Positions 45,130-54,934 are shown, numbered from the stretch's first letter. The stretch is 64,000 nt of DNA from an uncultured Gemmatimonadaceae bacterium (GCA_964598655.1 CAZRCT010000002.1:67146-131145), one strand, 5' to 3'. Numbers and translations: made by a program. The notes: generated by a model from the letters alone, not told the origin.

Positions 45130-46121
45130 CGAGCTGGAAGCAGAAGAACGTCTTCGTGACGGGGGCCAGCGGCCTCCTCGGCTCCTGGATGACGCAGGAG
45201 CTGGTGGCGCGCGGGGCCAACGTCGTGGTCCTGCTCCGCGACTGGGTGCCGGCCAGCCGGCTCGTCACCTCGGGCGTGATCGACCGGGTCACCGCCGTGC
45301 GCGGCGAGCTCGAGGACCTGGAGCTCCTCCTCCGCGCGCTCAACGAGCACGAGATCGACACCGTCTTCCACCTCGGCGCCCAGACCATCGTGGGCACCGC
45401 GAGCCGCTCGCCGCTGAGCACCTTCGAGGCGAACATCCGCGGCACCTGGAACCTGCTCGAAGCCTGCCGCCTCAACCCGAAGCTGCTCCGGCGGGTCCTG
45501 GTGGCCTCGAGCGACAAGGCCTACGGCGAGCACGCGGTGCTCCCCTACCAGGAGGACGCGCCGCTCCAGGGCAAGTGGCCGTACGACGTGTCGAAGAGCT
45601 GCACCGACCTCATCACGCTCTCGTACTGGCACACTTACAAGCTGCCCGTGGCGGTGACCCGCTGCGGCAACCTCTTCGGCGGTGGCGACCTCAACTTCAA
45701 CCGCCTCATCCCCGGCACCATCCGCGCGGCGCTCCAGGGCGAGCGCCCGGTGATCCGGAGCGACGGCACCTTCATCCGCGACTACTTCTACGTGCGCGAC
45801 GCGGTGGACGCCTACCTCCAGCTCGCCGAGCGGATGGACGACCCCCGCTTCCACGGCCAGGCCTTCAACTTCGGCACCGAGACGCCGATGTCCGTGGTGG
45901 AGATGGTGAAGGCCATCCTCGCCCGGATGGGCAAGGCGGGCCTCGAGCCGCTCATCATGAACGAGGCGAGCCACGAGATCCCCAAGCAGTACCTCGATTG
46001 CACCAAGGCGCGGACGTTCATGAACTGGCGGCCGGCCTTCACCCTCGAGCAGGGCCTCGACGAGGCCATTGCCTGGTACACCGAATGGCTGCGGCAGCGC
46101 AGCGAGCACACCGTCCCATGA
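45126..46121 (+). CDS. rfbG: CDP-glucose 4,6-dehydratase-like SDR
   Basis: VFVTGASGLLGSWM...PYDVSKSCTDLITLSYWHTY (YxxxK), with the start translationally coupled (ATGA) to rfbF. The exact nucleotide-sugar specificity is inferred from context. Confidence 0.65.
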   Translation: MTSWKQKNVFVTGASGLLGSWMTQELVARGANVVVLLRDWVPASRLVTSGVIDRVTAVRGELEDLELLLRALNEHEIDTVFHLGAQTIVGTASRSPLSTFEANIRGTWNLLEACRLNPKLLRRVLVASSDKAYGEHAVLPYQEDAPLQGKWPYDVSKSCTDLITLSYWHTYKLPVAVTRCGNLFGGGDLNFNRLIPGTIRAALQGERPVIRSDGTFIRDYFYVRDAVDAYLQLAERMDDPRFHGQAFNFGTETPMSVVEMVKAILARMGKAGLEPLIMNEASHEIPKQYLDCTKARTFMNWRPAFTLEQGLDEAIAWYTEWLRQRSEHTVP

Positions 46122-46831
46122 CCCGTCTCTTCCTCAGCGTCCACAAGTGGGTGGGCATCGCCCTCGGCGTCCTCCTCTTCATCTGGCTGGCCAGCGGCGT
46201 GGTGATGGTGCTGCCGATGACGCTCGTGGCCCGGAACGCCAAGCCCGGCGACGTGGCCGTCGCCGGCGTCACGCTCTCCCCCGCCGCCGCCGCCGAGCTG
46301 GTGCGCACCCGCGACGGCGACACCTCGGCCGTGAAGGACTGGAGCCTCGAGATCCTCGGCAACCAGGCCTACTACCGGATCGTCACCGCGGCGAGGGGAA
46401 ATTTCCTGATCAATGGGAGCACCGGCGCCCGGCTGGAGGTCACCCGGGCCGTGGCGGAGACCCTGGCCACGGCGCGGCTGCCGAAGCCGCTGCCCGTGGC
46501 GTCGGTCACCGAGGTGAAGAAGTTCTCGCTGGGCTATCCTGCGGGGCCGCTGCCCGCGTGGCGCGTGGAGTTCGCGGACGGGGCCCACACGGTGGCCTAC
46601 GTGGGCAAGCGGGACGGCAGCGTCGGGCTCAGCACGGGGCTGCACCGGGTGCGGTTCTTCATTGCGCAGATGCACACCTTCGACCAGATCCGCACCCTCG
46701 GCCTCTCCCGCGCCATGCAGCACGGGGTGTTGGCGGTCACCAGCGCCGTTGCCCTGCTGCTGGTGTTCACGGGTTACTACCTGGTGCTGCCCCGTCGCTG
46801 GCGACGGCGCTGGGAGCAGCGTCCCGCCTGA
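46118..46831 (+). CDS. PepSY-domain membrane protein
   Basis: N-terminal SVHKWVGIALGVLLFIWLASGVVMVLP (a PepSY_TM-like helix), a second TM segment at the C-terminus, and an ATGA overlap with the upstream gene. Confidence 0.55.
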   Translation: MTRLFLSVHKWVGIALGVLLFIWLASGVVMVLPMTLVARNAKPGDVAVAGVTLSPAAAAELVRTRDGDTSAVKDWSLEILGNQAYYRIVTAARGNFLINGSTGARLEVTRAVAETLATARLPKPLPVASVTEVKKFSLGYPAGPLPAWRVEFADGAHTVAYVGKRDGSVGLSTGLHRVRFFIAQMHTFDQIRTLGLSRAMQHGVLAVTSAVALLLVFTGYYLVLPRRWRRRWEQRPA

Positions 46832-48335
46832 GCTGGGCCAGCACCTCCCGCACGCCCTCGAGGCGGCGGTCCAGTTCCTCCCGCGAGTAGTACCGCCCCC
46901 CCGCCACCACCGCGCGCACCGACCGGAGCGCGCCCAGGCTGGCGAGGGGGTTTTCGTCCACCAGGACCAGGTCCGCCACCTTGCCCGGCGTCACTGTGCC
47001 GAGGGAATCGCTCATCCTCATGAAGCGGGCGGGCGCGATGGTGGCGGCCTGGAGCGCCTCCAGGTTCGTGAGACCGGCCTCCACCAGCAGCTCGAGCTCA
47101 TCCACCAGGCTCATCCCCGGCACGCGGCGGGTGCCCGGGCTGTCGGTGCCGGCCAGGATCGGCACGCCGGCGCGCTGCATCATCCGGGTCACGCGCATCT
47201 GCAGCGCGAACTGGTTGACGAAGATCTGCTCCCGCCACGGGCCCACGGCCTTGTCGGTGGTGTCGGTGCGGAGGATCTTGGGCGGCAGCCAGGCCAGACG
47301 CGCGGGCGGGATCTCGGGCTGGATCCGCTGGATGTCACGGAGCGCCGAGAGCGTGGGCGTCTGCTCGGTGTGGTTGCGGACCAGGACCTCGATGGTTCGC
47401 GCCTCGGTGACGCTGTCCCACGTCACGAGCATCCGCTCGGCGCGCTGCCGGCGGCGCCGGGCGTGATCCCACCAGCCGATGCGCACCAAGCGCTCCCCCC
47501 ACCAGGAGAACTCGCGATCCGCAGACTCCGCCAGAGCATCGTCCTCGGCGGAGCCGGCGGCCACACCCTGGTGCAGGTGCTCCACCCCGTCCAGCCCCAG
47601 TTCCGAGGCGGTGCGCAGCGTCATCCACGGCCCGACGTGACCGACCACCTGCAATCCGCGCTTGTGGGCCTCCTCCGCCACGACGCGCAGCTCCTCCGGC
47701 TGCAGCGTCTCCACCTTGATGAAATCGACGCCAGCGTCCGCCGCGAGAGCCACCGCGCGGCGCAGGTCCGACTCTGTGTGGGGATCCCGTGGCGCGCGCG
47801 GCACCACCGGCTCGGCGGCGCCGATCTTCCAGCCGGTGTGCACGATCCTGGGCCCGGCGCGCTCGCCGCTCGCGATCTGGTCGCGCCAGGTGCGCAGCAT
47901 CCGGAAGTTGCCGGCCATGTCGCGGACCCCCGTGACCCCGTGCGCGAGGAACAACGGGAGGTGCCAGCTGGCGTTGATCTCGTAGTTGCCGGGACGGTTC
48001 CCCAGCCGGTCGATGGCCACCGCCGCCAGGTGCACGTGCATGTCCCAGAGGCCGGGCAGCAGGTAGCGCCCCCGCGCCGGGATCACCGTGGTACCCGGCG
48101 GCAGCGCCCGGTGCGACTCCTCCACCCGTTCGATCCGCCCCCCCGCCACCACCACCGTCTGGTTGGGCAGGAGCGTCCCGTGCTCCACGTCCACCACCGT
48201 CACCCCCACGAACGCCACGGGCGCGAGCGGCGGGGCGGGCACACCCTGGGCAGGCAGCGTCCCGGGCAGGAACAGCGCGACTGCGGCAAAAGCCCTACTC
48301 AAGTTGCAGAATCCCAACATGGGTAGCATCCTCAT
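46767..48335 (-). CDS. Secreted metal-dependent amidohydrolase family protein
   Basis: The start is trimmed to the ATG at 48335 (MRMLPMLGF..., a signal peptide). It carries GLWDMHVHL (HxH metal site) and a C-terminal ...GTDSPG.... It overlaps the PepSY gene 3' end convergently by 65 nt. Confidence 0.75.
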   Translation of the reverse strand: MRMLPMLGFCNLSRAFAAVALFLPGTLPAQGVPAPPLAPVAFVGVTVVDVEHGTLLPNQTVVVAGGRIERVEESHRALPPGTTVIPARGRYLLPGLWDMHVHLAAVAIDRLGNRPGNYEINASWHLPLFLAHGVTGVRDMAGNFRMLRTWRDQIASGERAGPRIVHTGWKIGAAEPVVPRAPRDPHTESDLRRAVALAADAGVDFIKVETLQPEELRVVAEEAHKRGLQVVGHVGPWMTLRTASELGLDGVEHLHQGVAAGSAEDDALAESADREFSWWGERLVRIGWWDHARRRRQRAERMLVTWDSVTEARTIEVLVRNHTEQTPTLSALRDIQRIQPEIPPARLAWLPPKILRTDTTDKAVGPWREQIFVNQFALQMRVTRMMQRAGVPILAGTDSPGTRRVPGMSLVDELELLVEAGLTNLEALQAATIAPARFMRMSDSLGTVTPGKVADLVLVDENPLASLGALRSVRAVVAGGRYYSREELDRRLEGVREVLAQLRRDAAPSAVASDGAAPGSNP

Positions 48336-48555
48336 GTCGCGCCCAGGCAACACCCGGGGGTGCACGACCGGCAGGTTTGACTGGTCTGGGGCCGGTCCCA
48401 GTGGCTGTCTGCCGAGGCTAACCCCTTGTCTCGGCATGATTTCAGCAAAAAATGCTGCTTCAGGTATCCTTGGCTCGCCCGGAACCGGGCGGAACGGCCC
48501 TGGAGGCCCTCCCGGGGCGACCTGATCCATTTCATGGCAAGGCCTAGACCGGCTC

Positions 48556-48570
48556 TGGAACGGGGATTGC
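48556..48570 (+). promoter_or_regulatory. Candidate -24/-12 (sigma-54) promoter heading the 48.6-54.9 kb operon
   Basis: TGGAAC-GGGGA-TTGC, with GG and TTGC at consensus spacing, 42 nt upstream of the ATG at 48612. Confidence 0.45.
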
Positions 48571-48611
48571 CCAACACCGGGCGTCCCTGACGGCCCCCGA
48601 ACCCCGAGTCC

Positions 48612-50129
48612 ATGACCACCGCCGCCCCCGACGCCTCCTCCCCCCCGCCGGTGCCCCCGGCGCGTGCGCGGGCCGGGACAGCGGCTGCCGGCCTGACGGG
48701 GCCGGAATGGGCCGCCCTCGGACTCCTGGTGCTGGTGGCGCTGGCGCTCCGCCTGCCGCACCTGGGCGAGGGGCTCTGGTACGACGAGATCGAGACGCTG
48801 GTGGACTATGCACGTCGCCCGCTGGGCGAGCTTCTCACCACCTTCGGCAGCAAGAACCAGCACCCCCTCTTCACCCTGCTGGCGCACCTGAGCACGAGCG
48901 CCCTCGGCGAATCGGCGTGGGCGCTCCGGCTGCCGGCGGCGCTCTTCGGGGCGGCGGGGCCGGCGGCCGTCTACCTCCTGGGCCGCCACGTGGCGTCCCG
49001 GGCCGAGGCGTTCACGGCGGCCGCGCTGCTGGCGGTGTCGTCGCACCACATCTGGTTCTCGCAGAACGCGCGCGGGTACACCGGGCTGCTCTTCCTGGCC
49101 ACGCTGGCCACCCTGGCCTTCGTGCGACTGCTGCGGGATCCCGCGGCGGGACGCGGCATGGTGGCGCTTTACGCGGTGACCACGGCGCTGGCGCTCTACA
49201 CGCACCTCACGGCGGCCTTCCAGGTGGTGGCGCACGGGCTGGTGTGGCTGGTGGCGTTCCGGGGCGCGCCCGACCGCGGCCGGAAGGCCTTCGTGGCGCT
49301 GCTGCTTGGCGGGCTCGGCGGCGTGCTGCTGTATGCCCCCGTGCTGCCGAGCCTGGTGCCCATCATGCTCGCCTCGGCGCAGCCGCCGGCGGCCACGGCG
49401 CCGCCGCCCACGGCGTGGAAGAGCCCGTTCTGGCTCGTCACCGAGATGCTCGCGGTGCTGGCCCGCGGCATCCCGGGCGGCTACCTCGGGCTCGCGGTGG
49501 TGGCGGGCATCGGCCTAACGGGGGTGGTGCGCTACGCGAAGGAGAAGCCGGTGGCGCTCGGGCTCTTCGTGCTGCCGGGCGTGGTGACGGTGGCGGCGAT
49601 CGTGGCGCTCAAGCACAACCTGTGGCCGCGGTTCTTCTTCTTCCTCGCGGGGTTCATCCTGCTGGTGGGGGTGCGCGGCTGGTTCGCGGTGGCAGGGTGG
49701 GCCGGGAAGTACGCGCGGCCACTGCAGCTGGCGGGTGCGGCGGTGGCGGTGCTGGCCCTGGGCAGCACGGCCGGTCGCGCCTGGGGGCCCAAGCAGCAGT
49801 ATGAGGAGGCGGTGGCCTTCGTGGAGGCGCAGGCGGCGCCCGGCGACGTGGCGGCCACGGTGGACCTGACCAACTACCCGGTGCACCGGTGGCTGGGCCG
49901 CGACTGGCCCGAGCTCACCACCGACACGAGCCTCGCGGCGCTGGAGCGGCCGGGCCGGCGCACCTGGGTGCTCACGACCTTCCCCATCCGCCTCGTGGCG
50001 GAAGCGCCGGGCGTGGTGACCCGCCTGGCGGAGCGGTACGACACGGTGCGGGTGTTCCCCGGCACCATCAGTGGTGGCGACATCGTGGTGCTGGGCTCCC
50101 GCCCCGCCCCGACCCCGACGACGGAGTGA
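48612..50129 (+). CDS. GT-C glycosyltransferase (GT39/ArnT-like)
   Basis: LRLPHLGEGLWYDEIETLVDYA is a loop-1 acidic motif after TM1. About 10 TM helices follow, then a soluble C-terminal domain. Confidence 0.65.
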   Translation: MTTAAPDASSPPPVPPARARAGTAAAGLTGPEWAALGLLVLVALALRLPHLGEGLWYDEIETLVDYARRPLGELLTTFGSKNQHPLFTLLAHLSTSALGESAWALRLPAALFGAAGPAAVYLLGRHVASRAEAFTAAALLAVSSHHIWFSQNARGYTGLLFLATLATLAFVRLLRDPAAGRGMVALYAVTTALALYTHLTAAFQVVAHGLVWLVAFRGAPDRGRKAFVALLLGGLGGVLLYAPVLPSLVPIMLASAQPPAATAPPPTAWKSPFWLVTEMLAVLARGIPGGYLGLAVVAGIGLTGVVRYAKEKPVALGLFVLPGVVTVAAIVALKHNLWPRFFFFLAGFILLVGVRGWFAVAGWAGKYARPLQLAGAAVAVLALGSTAGRAWGPKQQYEEAVAFVEAQAAPGDVAATVDLTNYPVHRWLGRDWPELTTDTSLAALERPGRRTWVLTTFPIRLVAEAPGVVTRLAERYDTVRVFPGTISGGDIVVLGSRPAPTPTTE

Positions 50130-50133
50130 CGGA

Positions 50134-51027
50134 GTGATCGAAGAGATCCAGGACGACGGCGGCGTCGCGCTGCCCGATGCGGTCAGCGTCGTGATCCCGG
50201 CCTACAACGAGGGCGCCCACGTGGCGGCCCAGGTGCGGGACGTCGAGCGCGTCATGCAGGGCACCGGCTGGACCTACGAGATCATCGTCGTGGACGACGG
50301 CTCGAGGGACAACACGGCCGCCGAGGCGGACACCACCGGCGCCCGGGTGCTCCGGCGGAAGAAGAACCGCGGCTACGGCGCCGGCCTCAAGCTCGGCATC
50401 CGCCGCGCCAGGTACGACTACATCCTGATCACCGACGCGGACGGCACCTACCCCGTCGAGGCCATCCCCGCGATGCTCGCGGCCGCGCACCGGAACGCCA
50501 TGGTGGTGGGCGCCCGCACCGGCCAGACCGTGCAGATCCCGCTGGTGCGCCGGCCCGCCAAGGCCTTCATCCGCTGGCTCGCGAGCTACCTCTCGGGCCA
50601 CGAGATCCCCGACATCAACTCGGGGCTCCGCCTGATGCGCAAGGACCTGGTGCAGCGCTACGAGCACCTGCTGCCCGACGGCTTCTCCTTCACCACCACC
50701 ATCACGCTGGCCTCGCTCTGCAACGGCTACGCGGTGGAGTACCAGGCCATCAACTACCACGCGCGCCTCGGCGAGTCGAAGATCCGGCCGCGGCACGCCT
50801 ACGACTTCACGCTGCTGGTGCTCCGCGTCATCACCTACTTCAACCCGCTCAAGATCTTCATCCCGGTGGGGGCGTGGCTGGCGCTGGCGGGCCTCGGCAA
50901 GCTCGGGTACGACATCTACAAGGACAACCTCTCCGAGAGCGCGGTGCTGGCGCTCCTCGGCGCGCTCATCATCTGGTGCGTGGGCCTCCTCGCCGACCAG
51001 AACGCGCGCATGGCGATGCGGCCGTGA
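50134..51027 (+). CDS. Family-2 glycosyltransferase, GtrB-like polyprenyl-phosphate sugar synthase (two C-terminal TM helices)
   Basis: VSVVIPAYNEGAH...IVVDDGSRDNT...NRGYGAGLK...ITDADGTYP, plus a C-terminal TM pair. The GTG start at 50134 is uncertain. Confidence 0.8.
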   Translation: MIEEIQDDGGVALPDAVSVVIPAYNEGAHVAAQVRDVERVMQGTGWTYEIIVVDDGSRDNTAAEADTTGARVLRRKKNRGYGAGLKLGIRRARYDYILITDADGTYPVEAIPAMLAAAHRNAMVVGARTGQTVQIPLVRRPAKAFIRWLASYLSGHEIPDINSGLRLMRKDLVQRYEHLLPDGFSFTTTITLASLCNGYAVEYQAINYHARLGESKIRPRHAYDFTLLVLRVITYFNPLKIFIPVGAWLALAGLGKLGYDIYKDNLSESAVLALLGALIIWCVGLLADQNARMAMRP

Positions 51028-51983
51028 AGCTCTGGCTCCGGATCCTCGTCAGCGCGGGGCTCTTCGTCCTGCTCTTCCTGCTCCTCCCCTGGGCGCAGGT
51101 CCGCGACGCGCTGCTCAAGCTGCCCCCGGGGACCTGGGCCTTCGTGCTCGCGGGCTTCGTGGCAGGCCACGGGGTGGGCGTCTTCAAATGGCGGCTCTTC
51201 GTCAACGCGGGCCGCGCCAGCCTCCGGGTGCGGGACGCGGTCCAGTGCTACGCCGCCGGCCTCTTCGCCAACCTCTGCCTGCCGAGCATCGTGGGCGGGG
51301 ACGTGCTGCGGGCGGCGATGGCCGCGAAATTCACCAAGCGGCCGGAGGCCACCTTCCTCGGCGGGGTCATCGACCGGCTCACCGACATGATCGCCATGGT
51401 GATCCTGATCGTGGCCGGCGGGCTCTTCGCGCACTCGGCGCTCGACGGCTGGCTGCAGGGCGCCATGACGGCGGCCATGATCCTCGGCGCGGTGGCGGTG
51501 GCGCTCTTCATCCCGCTCGTCTTCCGGCGGCCGCTGGCCCGGTGGCCGCGCAAGTTCCGCCGGCCCATCGGGCGGAGCCTCGTGGCGCTCCGCCGCATGC
51601 TCCGCAATCCCGGCACCGCGGCGGTGGCGCTTGGCCTCTCGCTCACCATCCAGGGGAGCTTCGTGCTGCTCAACGCGGCGCTCGGGCACGCGGTCGGCAT
51701 CACGGTGCCGCTCGCGGTGTGGTTCCTCGTGTGGCCGCTGGCCAAGATCGCCGGCCTCATGCCCATCAGCCTGGGCGGCCTCGCCGTGCGGGAGGCGACG
51801 CTCGCCGGCCTGCTCGCGCCCTTCGGGGTGCCGTTCGCCGTGGGCGTGGTGTGCTCGCTCCTCTGGCAGACGGTGCTCATCGTCGGCGGCCTCATCGGCG
51901 GCCTCGCCTGGCTGGTGCTCGGCCGACTCCGTTCCACCCCGCTCGATGGCGGCGACCCCGCCACCCTCGTGACCCATGCCTGA
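51024..51983 (+). CDS. Flippase-like polytopic membrane protein (UPF0104 / LPG_synthase_TM family)
   Basis: The GTG overlaps the upstream stop. N-terminal KLWLRILVSAGLFVLLFLLLPW and ~8 TM helices typical of this family. It lies adjacent to the GtrB-like GT2. Confidence 0.6.
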   Translation: MKLWLRILVSAGLFVLLFLLLPWAQVRDALLKLPPGTWAFVLAGFVAGHGVGVFKWRLFVNAGRASLRVRDAVQCYAAGLFANLCLPSIVGGDVLRAAMAAKFTKRPEATFLGGVIDRLTDMIAMVILIVAGGLFAHSALDGWLQGAMTAAMILGAVAVALFIPLVFRRPLARWPRKFRRPIGRSLVALRRMLRNPGTAAVALGLSLTIQGSFVLLNAALGHAVGITVPLAVWFLVWPLAKIAGLMPISLGGLAVREATLAGLLAPFGVPFAVGVVCSLLWQTVLIVGGLIGGLAWLVLGRLRSTPLDGGDPATLVTHA

Positions 51984-53394
51984 GCCGCGCGTCGTCATCC
52001 TGGGAGGCGGCCCCGCCGGTGTCGGCGCCGCGTGGAAGCTCCGCACCACGGGCAAGGCGCAGGTGACGCTGCTCGAGCGGCAGGAGGTGGTCGGCGGCAA
52101 CGCCGGCAGCTTCACGCTCGAGGGGCTTCGCGTGGACTACGGCAGCCACCGGCTCCATCCCGCCACCGATCCCGCGATCCTGGCCGACCTCCAGCGGCTC
52201 CTCGGCGGCGACCTCCTCGACCGCCCGCGCCACGGCCGCATCGGGCTGCTGGGCCGCTGGATCCACTTCCCGCTCAAGCCGGTGGACCTGATGCTCCGCA
52301 TGCCGCCGGGCTTTGCGCTCGGCGCCACGAAGGATGCGGCCACCAAGAAGTTCCGCGTCATCGAGCAGGACACCTTCGCGGCGGTGCTCCGGAAGAACCT
52401 GGGCCCCACCATCTGCGAGCACTTCTACTTTCCCTACGCCCGGAAGATCTGGGGCCGGGCCCCGGAGACGCTCTCCGGCATCCAGGCGCGCCGCCGCGTC
52501 TCGGCGGGCTCGTTCGGGAAGCTGGTGAAGAAGGTCCTGTCGGCGGTCCCGGGCCTGAAGCCGCCGGGCGCCGGGCGCTTCTACTACCCGCGGCAGGGCT
52601 TCGGCCAGATCACCGAGGCGCTCGCGGGTGCGGCCGTGCAGGCCGGCGCGGACCTCCGGCTCGGCGCCGAGGTCACGGGCCTGGCGCCGCCGGCCGGCGC
52701 GGATGCGCCGTGGATCGTGGAGGGTCGGCGCGGGGGCGAACCGTTCCGCCTCGAGGCCGACTACGTGTGGAGCACCATCCCGATCCCGGTCCTCGCCCGC
52801 CTGGTGCGGGGCGCGCTCACCGAGCCGGTGATGCGCGCCACGGGCGCCATCCACTACCGCGCCATGCTGCTGGTGTACCTGGTGCTCGACCTGGACCAGT
52901 TCACCGAGTACGACGCGCACTACCTCCCCGCGGCCGACGTGTCCATCACGCGCCTCTCGGAGCCCAAGAACTACTCGGCCAGCACCGAGCCGCGCGGCCG
53001 GACCATCCTCTGCGCCGAACTCCCCTGTGACGCCGACGACGCCACCTGGCAGAAGAGCGACGCCGAGCTGGGCGCGCAGGTGACCGCGGACCTGGCGCGC
53101 GCCGGCATCCCCCTCCCGCGCCCCGCCATCGGCGTGCACGTGCGGCGCCTGCGCCAGGCCTATCCCATCTACCTCACCGGCTACGAGAAGCCCTTCGGGG
53201 TGCTGGACCAGTGGGCGAGCGGCCTGCCGCGGCTCGTCAACTACGGCCGCCAGGGGCTCTTTGCGCACGACAACACCCACCACGCCCTGGCCATGGCCTA
53301 CGCCGCGGTGGACGCCCTCGAGCCGGCCGGCTGGAACGCCGGCAAGTGGGCGGCGAGCCGCCGGGTCTTCGACACCTTCGTGGTGGAGGACTGA
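51976..53394 (+). CDS. FAD-dependent oxidoreductase (amine-oxidase / protoporphyrinogen-oxidase-like fold)
   Basis: VVILGGGPAGVGAAWKL...LERQEVVGGN is a dinucleotide-binding motif. The protein is 472 aa. Confidence 0.7.
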   Translation: MPEPRVVILGGGPAGVGAAWKLRTTGKAQVTLLERQEVVGGNAGSFTLEGLRVDYGSHRLHPATDPAILADLQRLLGGDLLDRPRHGRIGLLGRWIHFPLKPVDLMLRMPPGFALGATKDAATKKFRVIEQDTFAAVLRKNLGPTICEHFYFPYARKIWGRAPETLSGIQARRRVSAGSFGKLVKKVLSAVPGLKPPGAGRFYYPRQGFGQITEALAGAAVQAGADLRLGAEVTGLAPPAGADAPWIVEGRRGGEPFRLEADYVWSTIPIPVLARLVRGALTEPVMRATGAIHYRAMLLVYLVLDLDQFTEYDAHYLPAADVSITRLSEPKNYSASTEPRGRTILCAELPCDADDATWQKSDAELGAQVTADLARAGIPLPRPAIGVHVRRLRQAYPIYLTGYEKPFGVLDQWASGLPRLVNYGRQGLFAHDNTHHALAMAYAAVDALEPAGWNAGKWAASRRVFDTFVVED

Positions 53395-53399
53395 CCCCC

Positions 53400-54923
53400 A
53401 TGCCACGCTCCGGGATCGGGTTGCGCATCTTCCTGACGTGCTGGATGGTGTACTGCCTGCACTACGCCACCGACTTCATGCGGGAGCATTTCCTGGTGGC
53501 GTCGATCGTGGAGCGGCACACCTTCACGCTCGATCCCTACGCCGGCCGCCACGCCGACCTCTTCCAGTTCCAGGGCCACACCTACCACGGTGCCAACCCC
53601 GGCATCTCGATGCTCGGCGCGGTCCCCTACTTCGTGCTGCACCCGCTGGTGGAGCGCGTGGTCCAGGGCGAGCTGGCGAAGCGCCGCGCCACCGGCGACA
53701 CCGGCGCCGTCTACAACGACCCGCGCCCCGCGCGCCAGGCTTTCTATGCCTGGGCCCGCGCCAACGGCTACGACATCCGCTTCGGGCTCATCGGGCTCAT
53801 CACCATGGTCTTCTGCATGGCGCCGCTCGCGGCGGCCGGCGGGGTGGTGATGTTCAAGACCCTCCGCGGCGCCGGGCTCAGCGACAAGCTCGCCGTCGGC
53901 GGCACGCTCCTCTACGCCTTCGGCACGCCGCTCTTCTTCCGGAGCGCGTACCTGAACCAGAACCTGGCCGTCACCCATTTCATCTTTGCGGCCTTCGCGG
54001 TGCTCTGGAACCCGGGCGACTGGACCGGCCTCACGGAGAAGAAGCGCGAGCTCCTCGCCGGCTTCCTCGGCGGCATGGCGCTGCTCTGCGACTACACCGG
54101 CGCCGTGCTGCTGGCCGGCATCGGCCTCTACGCGCTGGTGCGGGCGTGGCCGGCCGGCGGGGCGCGCGGGGCCATCCAGGCCGGCGTGCGCATCACCCTC
54201 GGCGCGCTCGGGCCCATGGTGGTGCTCTGGTGGTACCAGTACGAGTGCTTCGGCAACGCCTTCATGCCGCCGCAGAAGTGGATGCCGCCCACGCAGGCGC
54301 TCTCCGACAAGGGCTGGAAGGGCGTCATGGGTCCCGACCCGGCCCTCTTCAAGATGCTGCTCTTCGACCCGCGCTTCGGGCTCTTCGTCACCGGGCCGCT
54401 GCTCATGCTCGGGCTGCTGGCGCCGCTGGCGCGGCGCCGGAGCACCTTCCAGCCCGCCCCGCGCGAGCTGTGGGCGTTGCTCCTCTTCCCGGCCCTGGTG
54501 CTGCTCTTCTTCTCGAGCCTGAGCTACACCCAGCTCCAGTACATCCACGGCATCCGTTACGTGGTGCCGGCGATCCCGTTCCTCCTCGTGGCCACGCTGG
54601 TGGTGCTGCTGGCGCTGCCGCGCTGGATCAGCCTCTCCCTCGGCATCCTCTCACTGGCGCTCGGCTGGGGACTGGCCATGGGGCGGCTCGAAGAGCAGCA
54701 CCGGAGCATCCTGGTGGGGCTCAAGTCGGTGTACCTGGGCGGCCTCCGGCTGCCGGCCCTGACCACCCTGGGCCGGATGTCCGCCCAGTATGCCCCGGAG
54801 CTGGGCGGGATGATCTCGCCGCTCCCTGCGTTCCTGGTGGCCGGGGCCTTCCTGTGGCTCGTCTGGCGGGTAGAATGGCCGTCCCGCCGCCTCGGGGATG
54901 ACCCGGCTCCCGGCGGTACCTGA
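53400..54923 (+). CDS. Polytopic membrane protein (candidate GT-C-like transferase or polymerase)
   Basis: ATG at 53400. About 12 TM helices, with an N-terminal loop containing ATDFMREHF...HTYHGANPGISML. The family is not securely recognised. Confidence 0.55.
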   Translation: MPRSGIGLRIFLTCWMVYCLHYATDFMREHFLVASIVERHTFTLDPYAGRHADLFQFQGHTYHGANPGISMLGAVPYFVLHPLVERVVQGELAKRRATGDTGAVYNDPRPARQAFYAWARANGYDIRFGLIGLITMVFCMAPLAAAGGVVMFKTLRGAGLSDKLAVGGTLLYAFGTPLFFRSAYLNQNLAVTHFIFAAFAVLWNPGDWTGLTEKKRELLAGFLGGMALLCDYTGAVLLAGIGLYALVRAWPAGGARGAIQAGVRITLGALGPMVVLWWYQYECFGNAFMPPQKWMPPTQALSDKGWKGVMGPDPALFKMLLFDPRFGLFVTGPLLMLGLLAPLARRRSTFQPAPRELWALLLFPALVLLFFSSLSYTQLQYIHGIRYVVPAIPFLLVATLVVLLALPRWISLSLGILSLALGWGLAMGRLEEQHRSILVGLKSVYLGGLRLPALTTLGRMSAQYAPELGGMISPLPAFLVAGAFLWLVWRVEWPSRRLGDDPAPGGT

Positions 54924-54934
54924 CCCCCCGGGGG

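Noticed and set aside
46767-46831. The 65-nt convergent overlap of the PepSY gene and the amidohydrolase gene as a functional antisense arrangement
   Set aside because: Both C-terminal tails are low-complexity extensions, which are common when stop codons are rare. Nothing suggests regulation.
48436-48460. The AT-rich hairpin ttcagcaaaaaatgctgc and the overlapping CGGCAT-GATTT-CAGCA as a regulatory RNA or sigma-54 promoter
   Set aside because: The stem is only 5 bp, and the -24/-12 match has four mismatches outside GG/GC. It is probably ordinary promoter or spacer DNA between divergent genes. It is noted only because it is one of the few AT-rich patches.
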